Shown here one piece after another: positions 63,146-64,000 of a stretch of 64,000 nt of DNA. The position numbers were made by a program, and so were the translations under genes. Within the stretch, counting starts at the first letter, position 1. The number at the start of each line of letters is the position of its first letter. The notes below the pieces were generated by a model. It had not been told where the DNA came from. It was given only the letters and a program-made list of their open reading frames with translations, and did no database searches. The stretch comes from an uncultured Armatimonadetes bacterium (lineage in GTDB: Bacteria > Armatimonadota > UBA5829 > DTJY01): NCBI GenBank assembly GCA_963717145.1, contig OY970325.1:1568001-1632000 (forward strand), given 5' to 3'.

Positions 63146-63895
63146 TTACATTACCATTCCACCGTCAACGTTGATAACCTGGCCGGTGATATAGCTTGAA
63201 TCTTCTGTGCAAAGGAACAGGATCAGCCGGGCCACATCCTCGGGAGTCCCGAGTCTGTTCAACGGTATCTGTTTCGATATGCTCTCACGGACAGTGTCCG
63301 ATAGCTCGTCGGTCATCGCTGTCTGAATGAAGCCCGGAGCGACCGCGTTCACGTTGATCCCTCGCGAGCCGAGTTCCCTGGCGGTCGTCTTCGTGAGGGC
63401 GATTATCCCGCCCTTCGACGCGGAATAGTTCGCCTGACCGGGGTTTCCTATGATCCCCATGACCGACGCGACGTTCACGATCTTGCCACTCCGTTGCTTG
63501 AGCATGGCGCGAGTGACCGACTTGGTGCAGTTGAATGTACCCTTCAGATTCGTGTCGATCACGGCATCCCAGTCGGCCTCGGACATCCTGGGGATCAGCG
63601 CGTCCCGTGTGATGCCGGCGTTGTTGACCAGTATATCGACCTTTCCGAACTCGCCGAGTGTCGTCTCGACGATCGCATCGGTGTCGGACGGAAGGGCCAC
63701 ATCCGCCCGGATGGCGACCGCTCTGCGGCCGACTTTCCGCACCTCATCGGCGACCGCCTGAGCGGCTTCGATCACGTAGTCGGCGATGGCGATATCGGCG
63801 CCCTCGGATGCCAGGGCGAGGGCAACATAACGGCCGATTCCCTTGCCTTCCCTGCCCGCTCCGGTTACTATAGCAACTTTCCCTTCGAGTTTCAA
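63146..63895 (-). CDS. fabG: 3-oxoacyl-ACP reductase
   Basis: TGAG...GIG, NNAGITRD, NYSASK, VDGGM. Confidence 0.95.
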   Translation of the reverse strand: MKLEGKVAIVTGAGREGKGIGRYVALALASEGADIAIADYVIEAAQAVADEVRKVGRRAVAIRADVALPSDTDAIVETTLGEFGKVDILVNNAGITRDALIPRMSEADWDAVIDTNLKGTFNCTKSVTRAMLKQRSGKIVNVASVMGIIGNPGQANYSASKGGIIALTKTTARELGSRGINVNAVAPGFIQTAMTDELSDTVRESISKQIPLNRLGTPEDVARLILFLCTEDSSYITGQVINVDGGMVM

Positions 63896-64000
63896 GCTTG
63901 CGAATCCCTTCTGAGCTGCGCCACGCAATCCTCAAATGAGGCAACATCGCCGACGTTCCTGACCTGAACCGAGTCGCTGATGCGCTTGATCAGGCCGGCG
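63892..64000 (-). CDS. fabD: 3' end of malonyl-CoA:ACP transacylase (partial)
   Basis: AGLIKRI... C-terminal motif, TTGA overlap with fabG, conserved synteny. Confidence 0.7.
   Translation of the reverse strand, partial: AGLIKRISDSVQVRNVGDVASFEDCVAQLRRDSQA

Overview
A GC-rich bacterial chromosomal window. Lineage is not determinable from sequence alone; the gene complement resembles Armatimonadota (a guess). Left end: a tandem array of five paralogous secreted N-acetylmuramoyl-L-alanine amidases (four with a golvesin/Xly-CBD-like C-terminal domain, plus the tail of a sixth related domain at the window edge). Each is followed by the same GC hairpin, and most are preceded by an extra non-initiating Shine-Dalgarno motif. 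The strongest hidden signal is at 10340-13252: two tandem genes that the ORF track splits are each one continuous reading frame with a single in-frame TGA in a Cys-x-TGA motif. Each TGA is followed after exactly 11 nt by a 17-nt hairpin with compensatory base changes between the copies. These look like two exported selenoproteins fusing a degenerate UshA/5'-nucleotidase-like domain to a tetraheme cytochrome c domain. The rest is mostly housekeeping: maf, plsY, der, ispH, a Leu(CUC) T-box-controlled ilvD-ilvB-ilvN-ilvC-leuA-leuC-leuD-cimA operon (many 1-nt indels, probably assembly errors), dapF, hisF/hisI, two canonical 5'-nucleotidases, an ECF sigma/anti-sigma pair, four tRNAs, a RelE-type TA pair, apt/mtnA/mtnP, rnc and fabD-fabG-acpP-fabF. 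Intergenic space is heavily colonised by several families of REP/REPIN-like palindromes, some inserted in frame into genes (mtnA) or supplying stop codons.
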